A stretch of DNA of 64,000 nt, from assembly GCF_009914755.1 (NCBI RefSeq), contig NC_060926.1, one strand, 5' to 3'. Below the pieces are notes generated by a model. That model saw nothing but the letters and a program-made list of their open reading frames with translations, was not told where the DNA came from and searched no databases. The position numbers and the translations under genes were made by a program. This document shows, in pieces, positions 39,511-55,259 of the stretch; the first letter of the stretch is position 1, and each line of letters starts with the position of its first letter. This DNA comes from the human T2T-CHM13v2.0 reference genome, Homo sapiens.

Positions 39511-41209
39511 GCGGCCCTGATAGAGTATTTTTTTTTTTAAACATCAGGCCAGACCATACTCCTGTAGAAAGGGAAGAGGTTTACTCCTGAAAAGAGAGGC
39601 TAGTCCCAGTGTCACACTTATCTGAGGAGGAGGTGGGAAAACGGCACTCTGAAGGCAGGCCTTAGCCAGATAGGACAGAATTCCTAGCCTTTCTCTCTCC
39701 CTCTGAACTTTGAGTTGGCTCAGTTGGCTTGGGAGCAAAGCTTAAAGATGGCTTTGGACACACAAACCCAGCCCTGAAGAAGACAAGAAGGCATCCGGTA
39801 AGATATCTCAAGCTGAAGACTAACGCATCTTACTTTACAAAGTGTATTTCTCATTTTATGTTCCTCTTTTATTTGATGTTTTTGTTAAAAATCTAGCCTT
39901 CTGTGAGAGCCTTTAAAAATGCTTCAGCTGTGCTGGAGGAACTAAGGTCATGCTGGGGGTGCATGCTAGGAGAGGCATGTCATCTGAGGCCAGCATGATC
40001 ATGCCTGGTGTGACTCTTGGAGTGAACTTCTCAGTTCACATCCCTGGCCCCTTCCCAGGGACTTGCCCCGATTCAGTGAGGTGAGTTCCAGAGGTCGTGT
40101 CTTTACTTGGTGACATGAGCCAGGGCTACTTTCTTCAGGGCTGAATGCCTAAATGAAGCCGGGCTAATCATATTGTCTTTCCTGGAAATGTGGAGATTTG
40201 TGTTCAGAGGACCGGCACCTGAGGGTCCTGGAGCTGAGCCACAGAGCATCCTAAAGGGAAAGTCCAGATATTCCCACAGTTAAGGTCTCTGGAGCCTCCC
40301 TACTTCTTACCCTGCTGAGGTTTGGTTTTTAAACTCAGATCTTCTCAATACATTTTTCTTTTTACTTAAACTGGACAAAGTCTGTTTCTCCCCCTTTAAT
40401 CAAATGAATCTCAATTAATACATAGCAGCGGCAGTCAATTTTTTTTTTTTAAAGAAATCTCCAAAGGCAAGGTAAGTAGTGGCGTATAGGAATAGCAGGC
40501 TTGAAGCTCTACCATTCAGTGGTAACCCTAAGTAAATCCCTAAGTGGAGAATCCTAAGTAAAATAGAGGTACAGTTACCAAATAATCAGGGTAGATCCCA
40601 GGGGTCAAAATCTGAGGAGAGTTAGCCTCAGGGAAGTGGAGCCATGATGGACCAGCAGCTGAGCACCAAGGAGAAAACAGAACACAAAGCATTAAACAGG
40701 CTGCCCAGTGGATGGTCAAAATAGGGGACAGGTGTGAGCAGAGTTTAGCTAAGGAGCTAAAGTTCAGAGGAATGACCTCAGGCTTAGACAAACTGAAACT
40801 CAGGGCAGGGACACAAGTCAGGGTGACAAAACACTACCCAGTGGGATCATAGGTCAAAGCAGAAGCCCAGTTACCAGAACTGGAGCACGAGGTCAGAGCA
40901 GGGCAGCTCATCAGTGTGTAACCAATGCTGCTGGACTCCTCAGTTTCCCAACAAGGGACAGGTCTGGTCCCACAGTCTGGAGCAGGGCTAAGGCTGCAGG
41001 CAGGGGTGAAGAACAAGGCAGCCGGGGTGTGGGGACAGGGAGTCAGTGCTCACACTGCGATCTCGCAGCCTTCTTCTCCATAGTGACACAGCCCTGGGGC
41101 CTCTGCTCAGCCCCTGAGCTTCCAAGCAGAAAGGGCTGTAGGAGAGGATGAAGTAAGTCAGGGAAACGGAGCCACCGTCATCAGCCTGGAGCCCTTGTCC
41201 TGCATGGAG

Positions 41210-41360
41210 TGGCGCGTGGGGGCGGAGGAGAGGGAGAGCTGCTTTTGTTTGTTTATTTCCTCATAGCAACTCACAAACTTAGCCAAATACAGATACAAAT
41301 GAAGTGCATGAAAACTTTCCTAACTTCCTGACTCAGAATCGTTACTAAATATATAGATCA
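41210..41360. promoter_or_regulatory. Candidate enhancer/promoter motif cluster
   Basis: GC box ggggcgg, forkhead-like tgtttgtttat, overlapping ETS ACTTCCTG and AP-1 TGACTCA (41329-41335). Confidence 0.3.
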
Positions 41361-43821
41361 GATGTAGGCGGACGAAGGCAGAATTGTAGGTTCCACCTAA
41401 CAGTCCTCAAACACTGCTGCCCCTGTGCCCCTCCATGTAGAAAGAGCTCCCAAAGGTCACCAGGATGTGCTTGCCGTTTTGCTCAGTATTTTCTAAAATA
41501 ATCAAAATGGAAACTGAAAATTCACCTTCCTCATGTCTCCTAACCTCAGAGGAGCCAAGCACAACTGGAGAGGCTTGGTCGAAATTGATGATTGATTGAT
41601 TAGTTATCCTCTCTTTAGTGCCCTCTCTCACCTTACTCCTCATTTACTCCTGTGACAGGCCATGACGGGGGCTCACAGGACTGAAGATATGGCTACAGTT
41701 CCCATGGGGTGCAGGTGATTCCAGCAGGCTGAGACGAAGTTTCAGCACAGAGGGCATGGATGAGTTGGTGTTTCCATGAGAGGAAGGATTGGATAGGTCA
41801 CGCATTCTGAAACAGATTTGCAAGGGTCTTTAGAAGTTATCTGGCTCCAGTGTGCATCATCTGATGAAACTGGTTTATCTAGCAGTTGGCAAAGGGTAAG
41901 GTTATTCTTAATGAATATTTCCATGAGGGCCCAGGATTAGGTGTATCAACATGTTCATTCCTAGATTTCAGCTGTCCTTGAAGAAACTGGTAGAGGGGAA
42001 GGGAGAGGGAGTGGAGGCAATTGTAGAATAGAGAGGATCATATCAGACCTTGTCATGAAGGTAGTGTAAGCCTCAAAAGAATTTGTCACCAAGCTCCACA
42101 AAAGAAATAAAAACTTTTCCCTTCTTCCTTTTGTAATCTACCTTTACTGAATTTGGACTACATAAACTCATTTGTTTTCAATTTAACCGCTATGTGATTA
42201 GTGGGGTAGGTTGCCAGAATATGCAGAAAAGAAAATAAAAATACTGTAAATCAAGTTTTCCCATTCTTCACCCCTGCCGCCTTTGCATTTGGGGACCTTC
42301 AAAGCTCCTGGCAGGATGTGGCTTTGACTCTGGGTTTTCTCATGTACAGCCCTTAGAAGAGTGCTTGGCACATAACAAATGCTGTGTAAGCATTTGCGAT
42401 TAGTAGTAACATTTGTAGTCACATTTGTACCTTTCATGTAGAATTCCCTACCCTTAATCCAGCCAACTCCTACCTTCCCTGATAGACCACGGCCTTCATC
42501 ACTGTCCAGGGCTTAGGGCTTACAGAATTTAACTCTGAATACTTTGATTAAAATCATTGTTTCTACAGATGAGAAAGTTAAAAAGGACTCCCCACTTTAT
42601 GTAGCTCTTGGAGAGGGAACTTGAAGATTAAGCTACTCTCAATTATTAATACTGAGAAGAAGAAAAATGTGCAGGCAGTCCTCACTGCCATCCCCTCTTA
42701 AATTCCATCCATCTGCTGCCTGGATGGTGCTGACAAACCCCTATTTCACTTTTCACTTCATTGATTCACTCATTCAACAGTTTCCCTGCTGATTCATCCG
42801 TCTCAAAGTCAACTTGTTAACATTTTACCTTACCAATTCAGGAACACCAGCGGTTGGAAAAAGAATGTAAGTACTGGTTACTCCATAGCAGGAGATGAAA
42901 AGATGATTCATTCCTTACCATTCCTCTGCTTTCAATTACTTTTGTAAGAATACCATGTAGCAAAAGCTGAGGCGCCCTGCATGCAGTCAAAAACGTATTT
43001 TTGCACCTTTTTCATTCATGGATCCATAGGATTCTACTAGACAGGTCCTCTCCCATTTAGGATTGTCTGTTCTCAATATCATAGACTAAATACAAACAAC
43101 TGTGAAAGGCAGCTGTTCACAATGAAGCAGCCACAAAGCTAAGCACAAAGGTATTCTGCAGTGGTTTTTGAGCTTCAACTATCCAACTTGATTCATTCCC
43201 TGTAAGTCCAGTTTTCCCTAGCCTGCAAACATAAATAAGGAAAGTCATTTTCCTATTATTTACAGCAACTTCAAGACTCCATTTATCAAATTAGCTGGGC
43301 CACAGTCCCCTTCCCCAGGAATCCTCAAAGGTGGTGGTATTTCATGTGCTTTCCTGAGTCAGTTAATCTCTGCTTCCATGGGCTCAGGCCATCAATCTCC
43401 ACTCCGTCCACTGGCCACTTAGGCCAACTGCCAGTTGCCATTTACTCCTCTAGAACTGCTGACCTGCCTATGGCGAATGCTGCTATTTCCATGCCACTCT
43501 TGGTTGAGGAGGGAAGGGAAAAGTGGGATGCACTCCCTCCCTGTTCCTTGCGTGTCTGGTGTATAAGAGATATTTCCTTGACACAGCTGAAACCAGGCTG
43601 TAACTTTTGACAACACTTCATTTAAGGTCCTGAGATAACAGGGGGGAATAGTAACCTTGCAGCTCCAAATGTAGTTCATGCACAGCAGCCTCAGCATCAC
43701 CAGGGAGTTGGAGAGCAATTCGAAATCTCAGGTCCCATTCCAGTCTTCCTAAACAGTGTGCATTTTAACAAAACATTCAGGTAATTTGTATGCATGTTAA
43801 AGTTCGAGAAACATGAATTTC

Positions 43822-43941
43822 TTTTTTAAAAATATTTTTATTATACTTTAAGTTCTGGGGTACACATGCAGAATATGCAGGTTTGTTCCATAGGTATACA
43901 CGTGCCATGGTGGTTTGCTGCACCCATCAACCCGTCATCTA
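43822..43941 (-). mobile_element. Very short L1PA (PA8-like) 3' end
   Basis: ttatactttaagttctggggtacacatgcag...; TSD gagaaaca(t/a)gaatttc at 43806-43821 and 43943-43958. Confidence 0.88.
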
Positions 43942-44340
43942 TGAGAAACAAGAATTTCAACACAGACGAACTTTCATCTGCATGCCACATATCCATCACT
44001 GGCCTCTCCACATTCACCCTCCACCCTTTTCCACCTTTGTTCTCTGCTTAGGATGTTGACCTCTCTTGACTGCATGGGTCAGGGCCTTCTTTCCCTACGG
44101 CTTCAGAGGATAGGAGGAAAATTGGGTTAGTTTGACCTCAGGCTGGCTGCAACCCTCTGGATTGTGAATTGCCTTGAGGAAGCCCAACTCACTTCCTTGG
44201 TCTTAGACCTGCTATGGAGGGCCCCATTTCCTTATCCAGAAATCGCTTCCTTTCACATATGATTAGTAGTGTGAATGTCCACCCTTATCAACCACTTTTA
44301 TGGTTTCCCCCAGACCCAATACAACAATAACACTAAAACA

Positions 44341-44640
44341 GTCTGGGCGAACGGCTTACGCCTGTCATCCCAGCATTTTGGGAGGCCTAAGGTGGATAGA
44401 TCACCTGAGGTCAGGAGTTCAAGACCAGCCTGGCCAACATGGTCAGAAACCCTGTCTCTACTAAAAAAATACAAAATTAGCTGGGCATGGTGGCATATGT
44501 TTGTAATCCCAGCTACTTGTGAGGCTGAGGCAGGAGAATTGCTTGAACCTAGGAGATGGAGGTGGCAGTGAGCCAAGATCACATCATTGCGCTCCAGCTT
44601 GGGCTAAACAGTGAAACTCCATCTAAAAAAAAAAAAAAAA
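44341..44640 (+). mobile_element. AluS
   Basis: Both monomers plus A tail. Confidence 0.92.
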
Positions 44641-45065
44641 GAAACCCAAAAAGCAAAAAACAGTGGCCCAATATTAGAACATTCTCCAACATCCACTTAT
44701 CTAGTCTTGGAGAGCAGTTCATCTAAGACATCCATAGTCCTGCCCGGACCGATCAGTAAAAGCATAGTCTTCTGCTTTGGAACAATCTTTTCTGCAGTGT
44801 TAGGGCTGGATTTGCATGTTCTTCCAGCCAGCATATCCATCACAGCACGTAATATCCTGAGAAACAGCTCAAAGTGGAATAAACATATCTCCCCTTGAAC
44901 CCATCACAGCTTTTGAAAGTTATAGGAGGGCCTCCACCCTTGCCCAATTATAATCCATTCTTCAATCAGGAACCAGAGTCCTCCTCCTAAATTGCAAATC
45001 AGATGTCACCCTTCTGTATAAAGCTTTATGCGGACTCAGTTTGTACGTGAAACATAAACCATGGC

Positions 45066-45510
45066 GTTGCAGTTCAGTTTTTCCAAGAAGCAGTTCCTGA
45101 GATGAAGGTCAGTATATAGGAGGTTAATCGGTGAGTACTCTCAGGGTCAACTCCTGTGGAGGACATGAAGGAGGCAGGATTGGACAGAGAAGGAAACAGT
45201 TGCAGCAAAAGCTGCCACCAGTCCCACAGAGCTTTGGAACCTGCATGACTATGCAGCGTCATCCTTAATTGAATCAAAAGGAGCCCAGCCTTTGTATGTT
45301 AGCATTGCCAGTCATTCCTGGGCTGCCCTATGGAAAACAAGTGTGACCTTGGACCACCACCAGGCTCTCTTCAGCCAAGGGCAATTCCCAGTGGGACTTC
45401 AGCTTCAAACTGGCATTGCCCACACTCTTGGCAGCTGGGAAAAGGAGTGCTCCTTTCCAAAAAGTGGTGCGCTGGAGTTGGACCCGATAGCATAACACGG
45501 TCTACTACTC
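45066..45510 (-). mobile_element. LTR16-like ERVL LTR
   Basis: gaagcagttcctgagatg...ggaggcaggattggacagagaagga...ctctcttcagccaagggcaattccc. Confidence 0.55.
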
Positions 45511-45599
45511 ATGATCTGTACAATTCTCCAGGATCTGGCCCAGTGTACCTGTGTAACGTTGTCTTACCCACTCACCACCCACTGGACTGGAGTCTCATT

Positions 45600-47100
45600 G
45601 GCCTCCATCTGGATTCCTCGGGGACTTTGTACTTACTGTCCTCTTACCCAGACCGCACCCCCTGCATCTTTGTGTGGCTGGTGTCTTCTCCTTCAGGTCT
45701 TAGGTCAGAGATCACTGCCACAAAGACACCTTCTTTGACCACCTGTTTAATGTAACTCTCACACTTCATGTGCTTGTGGCTGTTAATGTCACACTGCTTA
45801 TTTCTTTCATAGACCTTATCACAAAATGGCATTATGTATTTTCTTCCTTGTTTAAGTGCTGCTCAAAAGCTTCTTTAGGGCAGAGACTTTTTGTTGCTCT
45901 TCTTTATTCCTTTCCCCCAATGCCTAGGGTAGTGACCAAAACATAGCAGATGCTATAAATCAATGAATGAATGAACAGTGCGTTCTGAATTGGAGTTGTT
46001 TTTATACTTTCATGCTTTTAGAGGCATGGCTTCCTCTAAGTGGAGTGCATTGTCTTTCCTCCTAACAAATTCGCACTTGGCTCAAACGTCAGCTTCTCTG
46101 TAAAATACTGTCATCTGCTCATATGACCCCCTTCCCTTTCTCATCTTGCCACCCTCAGCTCTCTATGGCTAGCACAATGCCTAGCACAGAGGAAGCAGTG
46201 ATAACATTGAATGCCCACTGTGTGCCCAGTATTGCTATGTGAACAAAACAGACAAAATCCTTGCCCTTGTGAAATTTATATTCTAGTTGGGGAAGACAGA
46301 CATAAACAAAATAAATAATTTAACTATATACTTCTGCAGAAAACAGGGCTAGAGAATACTAGGTGTTATTGCAAAAATTAAAAAGAGTAGCCAGAGAAGA
46401 TCTCACTGAGTCCTGAGCTTCTTCAAGGAGCAGCAAGGGAACCAGTAGGACATGAGCAGTGAGTGAGGGAGAGAACGGCAGAAGAGATCAAAGATGTAAC
46501 GGGGCCAGACCATGAGGAGTCTTGTAATCACTGTCAGTGAGAAGGGAACCATTGGAGGCTCTTTCTGAGCCGAGGAGTAACACAACCTGACTTAGGTGTT
46601 GAGGGCGTCTGTATGTAGCTGGGCGCAGTGGTGGCACCTGTAATCCCAGCTATTTGGGAGGCTGAGGTGGGAGAATTGCTTGAGCCCAGGAGGCGGAGTG
46701 ATCCAAGATCACGCCACTGCACTCCAGCCTGGGCGACAGAGCGAGACTCTCGTCTGGAAAAAAAAAAGAGAGAGAGAGAGAGAGCAGGTGGTATGGAGGC
46801 AAGTGTGGAAATCAGGAGACCTCCTGGGGCCAGTGGCCCAGGTAAACTTGGATTTCGCTGATGTCACCGGAGGTGGTAAAAAGTGGACAGGTTCTGGATA
46901 TATTTGTAAGATAGAGCAATCAAGATCTGTTTGTAGATTGGATGTGAAATGAGCCAGAGGAGTCAAGGACTACCCAGCATTTTCGTCTAAGCGTGGAGTT
47001 TCCATTCACTGGATAGGTAAGATGGCAGGACAAGCAGGTTGCTGAGGGGGAGAGTAGAAATAAGGCATCGGGTAAGTTTGAGATGCCTAAATAGATACCC
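45600..47100. mobile_element. L2 fragments, with an Alu right monomer at ~46617-46768
   Basis: ggcagagact...ccaatgcctag...aatgaatgaatgaa; gtgaacaaaacagacaaaatcc...; gaggagtcaaggac... Confidence 0.65.
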
Positions 47101-47636
47101 AAAATGGAGATAGTAAGTTGCTCATCAAGTAGAAAGGAAACCTGGGATCCAAATGCAGAAAAGACTTTTCTGAGAATGAGTAACTGCAGCAAACCATGTG
47201 CTCGATCAAGAAGAAGCTTTATGAAAGCAATAAAAGAAGAACTCTGTTGCAATACCCAAAACATGGATTTCATAACAATATATTTTTGTACAATACTTTA
47301 AAATTCTGAACTATGCCTGGACTTTCATTATATTACACGACTGCTGCGTTGGAAATATCTTTGTGTGAGGGAAGATAAAAGAAGCCAACACTTAATGGTC
47401 TTTATTTTCTGTTCCTTTTCTTTGTCTTTCTTTTGCCCCTCTCTCTTCATTCTCCCTCTCCTTCTCCCTCTTCCTCTCCACTTTCATATTTTCATGTCTC
47501 CTGCCAATGGCCACCCAAGGCATTCTAGGCATTTGATTCTCTCCCCCAAAACCAAAATTCCTCTTTTAAGAGTTTTGTGAATATAATTAGAGGAAAATAC
47601 TTAGCACCACTTTGCATTTCTTTTGGGAAATACCAG

Positions 47637-48044
47637 TGATATGGTTAGGATATTTGTCCCCTCCAAATCACATGTTGAAATGTGATCTTCAGCACTGGAG
47701 GTAGAGCCTAATTGGAGGTGTTTTGGTCATGGGAGTGGATCATAAGTGGCATGGTGAATTCCCATAGTAATAAGTGAGTTCTCATTCAGTTCACATGAGA
47801 GCTGGTTGTTTAAATGAGTCTGGCACCTCCTCCGCTTTCTTGCTCCCTCCCTCACCATGTGACATGCTGGCTCCCCTTCACCTTCTGCCATGATTGAAAG
47901 TTCCCTAAGGCCCCCACCAGGAGCAGCTGCCAGCACCATGCTTCCTGTACAGCCTGCAGAACCATGAGCCAAAATAAACCTGTTTTCTTCGTAAATTACC
48001 CAGTGTTAGCTATTTCTTTATAACAATGCAAATGAATTAATGCA
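47637..48044 (+). mobile_element. MSTB-like solo LTR
   Basis: tgatatggtt...taatgca with TSD accag. Confidence 0.88.
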
Positions 48045-48642
48045 ACCAGGAAACAGAAGGGAACACTTCACAATATACAATTAAAGTACAAAATTAGATT
48101 GGATCTCAGAAATACAAAAGGTCAAGGTTTTCATCATGAAATAAGAAAATGGATATATTTGAAATGGTAACTATATTGTTCTTGTATACTCATGGAGAAG
48201 GCAAAAAATGCATTGCAACTTTTCTAAAACTCATTGTAGGAAAAATTATTTTCTTATATACTTTAATTAGTAACGGATACACAACAAGGTTTAAAATTAC
48301 TTGGGCTTAAATTTTTTAAATTACCTCATTGCTTACAAGTACCTATATTTGGTTTTAATCTTCAGTTGGAGCATTTCCTAATGTCACTGAAAAAAACTAA
48401 ATTCAATAAATTTTAAAATGAGTTATTACTTACCTGAGGTTATTTTTATAAAAATAAAGAAACATTGGGTCACACTGTAATTGGCAGGATTGTTTTCTCT
48501 TAAGGGTAGATAAGATAATAGTGTGTTATATAATTAATGCTATCTTAAATTTGATGAATTACAGTACTAAACTAGGTATATATACAAACTAGGTATATAC
48601 ACAAGCCTAAGTGTGTGCATATGTATAAAAATGTAGACATAA

Positions 48643-48979
<337 letters not shown>

Positions 48980-49077
48980 TTAATAATTTAATATCAAGAA
49001 TCTTAGATTTATTTGTAAATGGAGAATATTTATTTCTTCAACAAGTATTTTTCCAGAACATATTTGTTGAAGGCATA

Positions 49078-49510
49078 CGACATGGTTTGGATATTTTGTT
49101 TCTGCCAAATCTCATGTTAAAATTTGACCTCCAGTGTTGGAAGTGGGCCTAGTGAGAGGTGTTTGGATCATGGTAGCCATGGTGGTGGATCATTCATGAA
49201 TGACTTGGTGCCGACTTTGCGGTAATGAATTAGTTCTCACTCTGTGAGTTCACACAAAATCTCGTTGTTTAAAAGAGTCTGGGATCTCCCCCATCTCTTT
49301 CTCTTGCTCCTTATCAACATGTGACATGCCTGCTCCCACTTCACCTTCCACCATGAATAAAAGCTCCATGAGGCCTCACCAGAAGCTCTGCAGATGTCAG
49401 TGCCATGCTTCTTGTACAGCCTGGAGAACTGTGAGCCAATTAAACATCTTTTCTTTATAAATTACCCAGTCTCAGGTATTCCTTTATAGCAATGAAAACA
49501 GACTAATAAA
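49078..49510 (+). mobile_element. MSTB-like solo LTR
   Basis: catggtttggatatt...gactaataaa with TSD gcata. Confidence 0.88.
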
Positions 49511-52500
49511 GCATAGGTCAGTTGTGCTGGGTGCTAAGAATACTACAGTAAACAAAACACACATAGTTCCTATTCTTAGAAATTTCGGTTCACTTAGGGA
49601 TATAGGCAATAAAAGAAATAAAGTGTCATAAATGTTTTAATAGAAGAAATTAGGTATGCATTATGAAAATAGAGCAGAGAGACTTGAACCTATAAATTCT
49701 TGTTGAAGGAAGTGATATTTTGGACTTAATCTAAGAAAAAACTGAAGTTAGCCAGTAAATGTGAGATGTGTGTCTGTATGTCAGGTGTGGTGGTGCTGAG
49801 ATATTTTTAATATCATATTTACTTGTGATTTACCAAGTCTCTTTTAGAAAACATATATTGCCATTCTTTCTTGGAAGGAGAAGCAGAAGAAATAAATGTA
49901 GGCATTAATACTACCAACACCAAGTTCTGTCGTCTGAGATACCTACACATTTTCCTACCAACGAAAAGTCATAGTCTATTCTGAGAAGCCAACATCCCTC
50001 ATAGAAAGGTTAACCAAAACGGCAAAACCAACAGGTACTAAGTAGGATAAGTCAAATATTAGGTGCTGTCTGATCCTTAGTAGGAACAATATTCTGAGAT
50101 GCAAATTTATTTTTATTCTGCAGTTTGACAATAACTTTTATGGCCATGGCCAGTTTCATCTGAAATGATTGGTTCCAACTGATCTAAGTGAAAGGAAATG
50201 CTTTAGAGTTTTGCACAATGAACACTACCTCTCAGACAATGAGTTGGCCCATTCATGTGGTCTGCTGGCCAAGTCCACCTCGTTTTAGCCATATAATCAT
50301 GCAAAGGATCTCTAGAGGCCCCACTCAGATGAGCCCAGAGAAAACTGAAGAAGAGAGAGCCGGTCTTTAGTGGGCTCAGGCTGGGACCATTGGCTCAGAC
50401 AGGCCTCTCAGGACTTCATATCTCTGCACCGTCGCCTGTGCCTTTAGATTTCATCACTCTACACTAATTTTCACAGCTGTACTGTAAAATCCATAGGAAA
50501 CTCTCAGAAGCTACTGAAAAGGTAAGAAAAAATGAATCACAGTAGATATGTTTGGTTCAGTTATGAACTAGATTCAATTTTTTAGCATTTATTATGAATA
50601 ATCTCCTCCAAATCAAAGGAAATTGGTAAACCTAAGCACTAATGAAGACACAGGGACCAAAGTTCATCAATAATGAGAAGTAAAATCATTTATGAATATT
50701 CTAGATGCATATCTCATAACGCATATAATAAAAAAATGAGTTTTAACTAAAAATTTCATGAGAATAAAACTAATAATCCAATCTGTCGCTGACAAGTGGA
50801 CTTATGGTTTAAAGGCCAAAAAGCTAATTAAAACTACAATAAAAGAGAACTTGCTAGTGATTATTGGCAGGATACATGTGACTGGGTTTTTTTTAGGTGT
50901 ACATATACAGGTATGGAAAGAAAAGGCAGAGAGAAGGAATGGGACAGAATACCACAATTTCTCTAGAATATAATCCCTTGGGTTTAATTAAGGGGAATAA
51001 AGAGAAGATAATGGAAGATATGAGCCCTGTACAAGATTTGGACTCTCATCTAATTTAAAAGAATGTTTACAGAGGATGTTACATTGAGTGATGCCAAAAC
51101 AAAGGAGAGAAATATGAGCCATAGCACAAGGTAGAATATGAGAAATAGAGAGAAACAAAGCAGAAACAGATGGGACAATGTTTAATCCTTGTGGACCAGG
51201 TGGAAGTGAGGAGGGAAGAACAGTCTACAGAGAGGGAAGTCTGCAGAAAGCATGGAGAGGGGCAACTAAGGGACGTGTTGAAAGAATATTAATCAATAAT
51301 TATCATCAAGTGATAGGATCCCAAGCTGGAAAATAAAAAGGAAGAGCTCTGCTCAGAGATAAACTTCAAATGTAAACCAGTGTGTTTTTCTCATTGTTTG
51401 TACATGTGGATTTGCATTGAGCCACTCCATTTATATAGACAGTTGCAAACAGTGTATGGTTAGCCCAGTATGGCTGGCCAGGAGGTATTATTTGTCCTGC
51501 ATAGTGATTTTGTATTTGTTTATGTTCTTATGCCAGCATTTAAATATTGGCATCATTTTCTTTCTAAAAAATAACAAATTTCTAGCTTCTCTTTAAAAAT
51601 TAGAAAATCTGGCAACACAGGGATCATTTGCCCGATTTGCTCCAATCAACATCAGCCCGTTTCATTTGTTATTGTTACTTGACCCTGCAGACATTTCTGG
51701 ACAGGGTCCAGAAATTCTGTGACCTCCTCTTCTGCCCTTGTCACCAGCATCTGACATTTTCAAGACACCTAATCAGAGACAGAGGGGGCCTAAGAATGCA
51801 CAAAATAACTGACTGAGCCCATGACTTATTCCTTACTAGCAGTACTTTATTATAGCAATTTTAAAATTCTGTCAAAGTTAGTTATCTTTATGTCTTCCTA
51901 CTAAATTCAGAAGTCAACTGGGGTGGCGAAGGGGAGCTATTAAAAAAAAAAAAAAAACAAAAAAACCTCAACTAGAATCTTATCCATTATTTCCTTCCCA
52001 GAACCTACTATATAACCAATAAGTGATTAAGTGAATCTTGTAAGCCATAGAGACTCCCACAGTAACCAAGCACTGGACCAGAGGCCCAAAACACAAGCTG
52101 GGGCAACACCCATGGAAACTGATGAATCACTGGTATATAGTCCATCTGCTTTGTGGAAACTACCTGAGTCTGTTCCAGCCCACCTGATACATATCATTTG
52201 ACAACTGGAAAGGAAAATGTGGGTCTGTTGATATGGGAAAGATACTTCTGGACCAAAAAAAGAGAACTCCAGGAGAAATGTAAGGGAACATTCAAATAAG
52301 CTATATATGGTAGAGTCCAATTTTAGTCACTACAACACAAATGTTTGGGGGGGGGTAGTGTTGGCAGCAGGGGTGGAGAAAAGGCAGTGTTCTTTCATTT
52401 CTATAGTAATCTACTATTCTCAAGCTTCCAGTCTTGACGATTCAGAGGTATGAACTTGTTGACTAAAAAATGTTTTTAAGAATTTTTTTAAAACCACAGT

Positions 52501-52779
52501 CTCCTCTAATTTAAAGCAGGTAAGTTTGCAGTCCCATCAAAGTTCAAACACTTTAGTGAAGCTATTTCTGCCTTTACAAGCAGACTTCCTTCCCTCTCCT
52601 CCCTCTCAATACCGCATCTGTACGTGATAGAGGTAAAAGGGGCCTCGGGTCACAGGGCCTTCCTCTGAATCACCTGGGGATGATATTGATGACTTCTTAC
52701 AAGGTGGCTGGTCTGATCTGGTCCTGGCTATACTGCGTTACATTGGATCTTGCAATGTGGCTAATCCCACAAGTCCTTT

Positions 52780-53845
<1,066 letters not shown>

Positions 53846-54444
53846 AAATAGACACCCACCACTAAAGTTCAGGTCACAGCTATAATCTCCCATCTCAATG
53901 TCTCTGCATTCTATGGCTTTCCAGTCTAGACTCCAGGCCTCTTCCAGTCCACCTTCTCTCGGCATTTCTGCACCAGCTCCCACCTGGCGATGTGAAACTT
54001 CTGGTTGCTTTTCTGCAAACATCCCCCTATGCATGAGACCCACCAAGGCTTCAGGCACCTCCCTCAATTTGAAATGGAAACTGAAATCAACAAAAAAGAA
54101 TGAAGATGGCTGGAAATGGAAAAAATATAAAACATGTATTAATTTTTTAGTGTCTTCAAATGATTAGCTTTTTAGGTTATTCGAAAGATGGCTATGTAAA
54201 GCAAATATATGTAGTGGGTTTTTTTTTATAGTGGGTTTTATAATATATGTAGAAGTATATTAAAATAGCAAAACATTTAGAAAGGGAGAAAATGTAAGTA
54301 TGTTATTGCAAATTTCTTAGCTAAAGTAGTATAATATTATTTTAAATGGGTTACAATAAGTTAAAGATGCATGCTGTAAACCATAACAGGTTTAGTTAAT
54401 ATAGGCTTTGAAATAAGACACAATGATTTTCAAAGCAGAGGGTA

Positions 54445-54673
54445 TCTTTGTCAGTTCAAGTTGCTATAACAAAGTACCATAGTCTAGTCTTGGTGGCTTA
54501 GAAACAACAGAAATTTATTTCTCACAGTTCTAAAGGCTGGAGGTCTGAGATCAGCATGCGGGCATGGTTTGGTTCTGGTGAGGTCCTGCTTCCGGTATTC
54601 ATGTTGCTGTCTTGTTGTGGTATCCTTCCATGGTGCAAAGAGAGTGAGAGAGCTCTCTGGGGTTCTGGGGATC
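54445..54673 (-). mobile_element. MLT1A-like LTR, partial
   Basis: tgctataacaaagtaccatag...aacaacagaaatttatttctcacagttct...tctggtgagg. Confidence 0.75.

Positions 54674-55259
<586 letters not shown>

Noticed and set aside
40455-40471. Possible 17-nt micro-exon (T12 aaag|...AAG|gtaagt)
   Set aside because: Not frame-preserving, no partner exons, and such donor matches occur by chance.
48569-48607. Short tandem duplications (here, and near 34569, 42404, 14838, 23090)
   Set aside because: Ordinary slippage duplications of 11-17 bp with no further structure.
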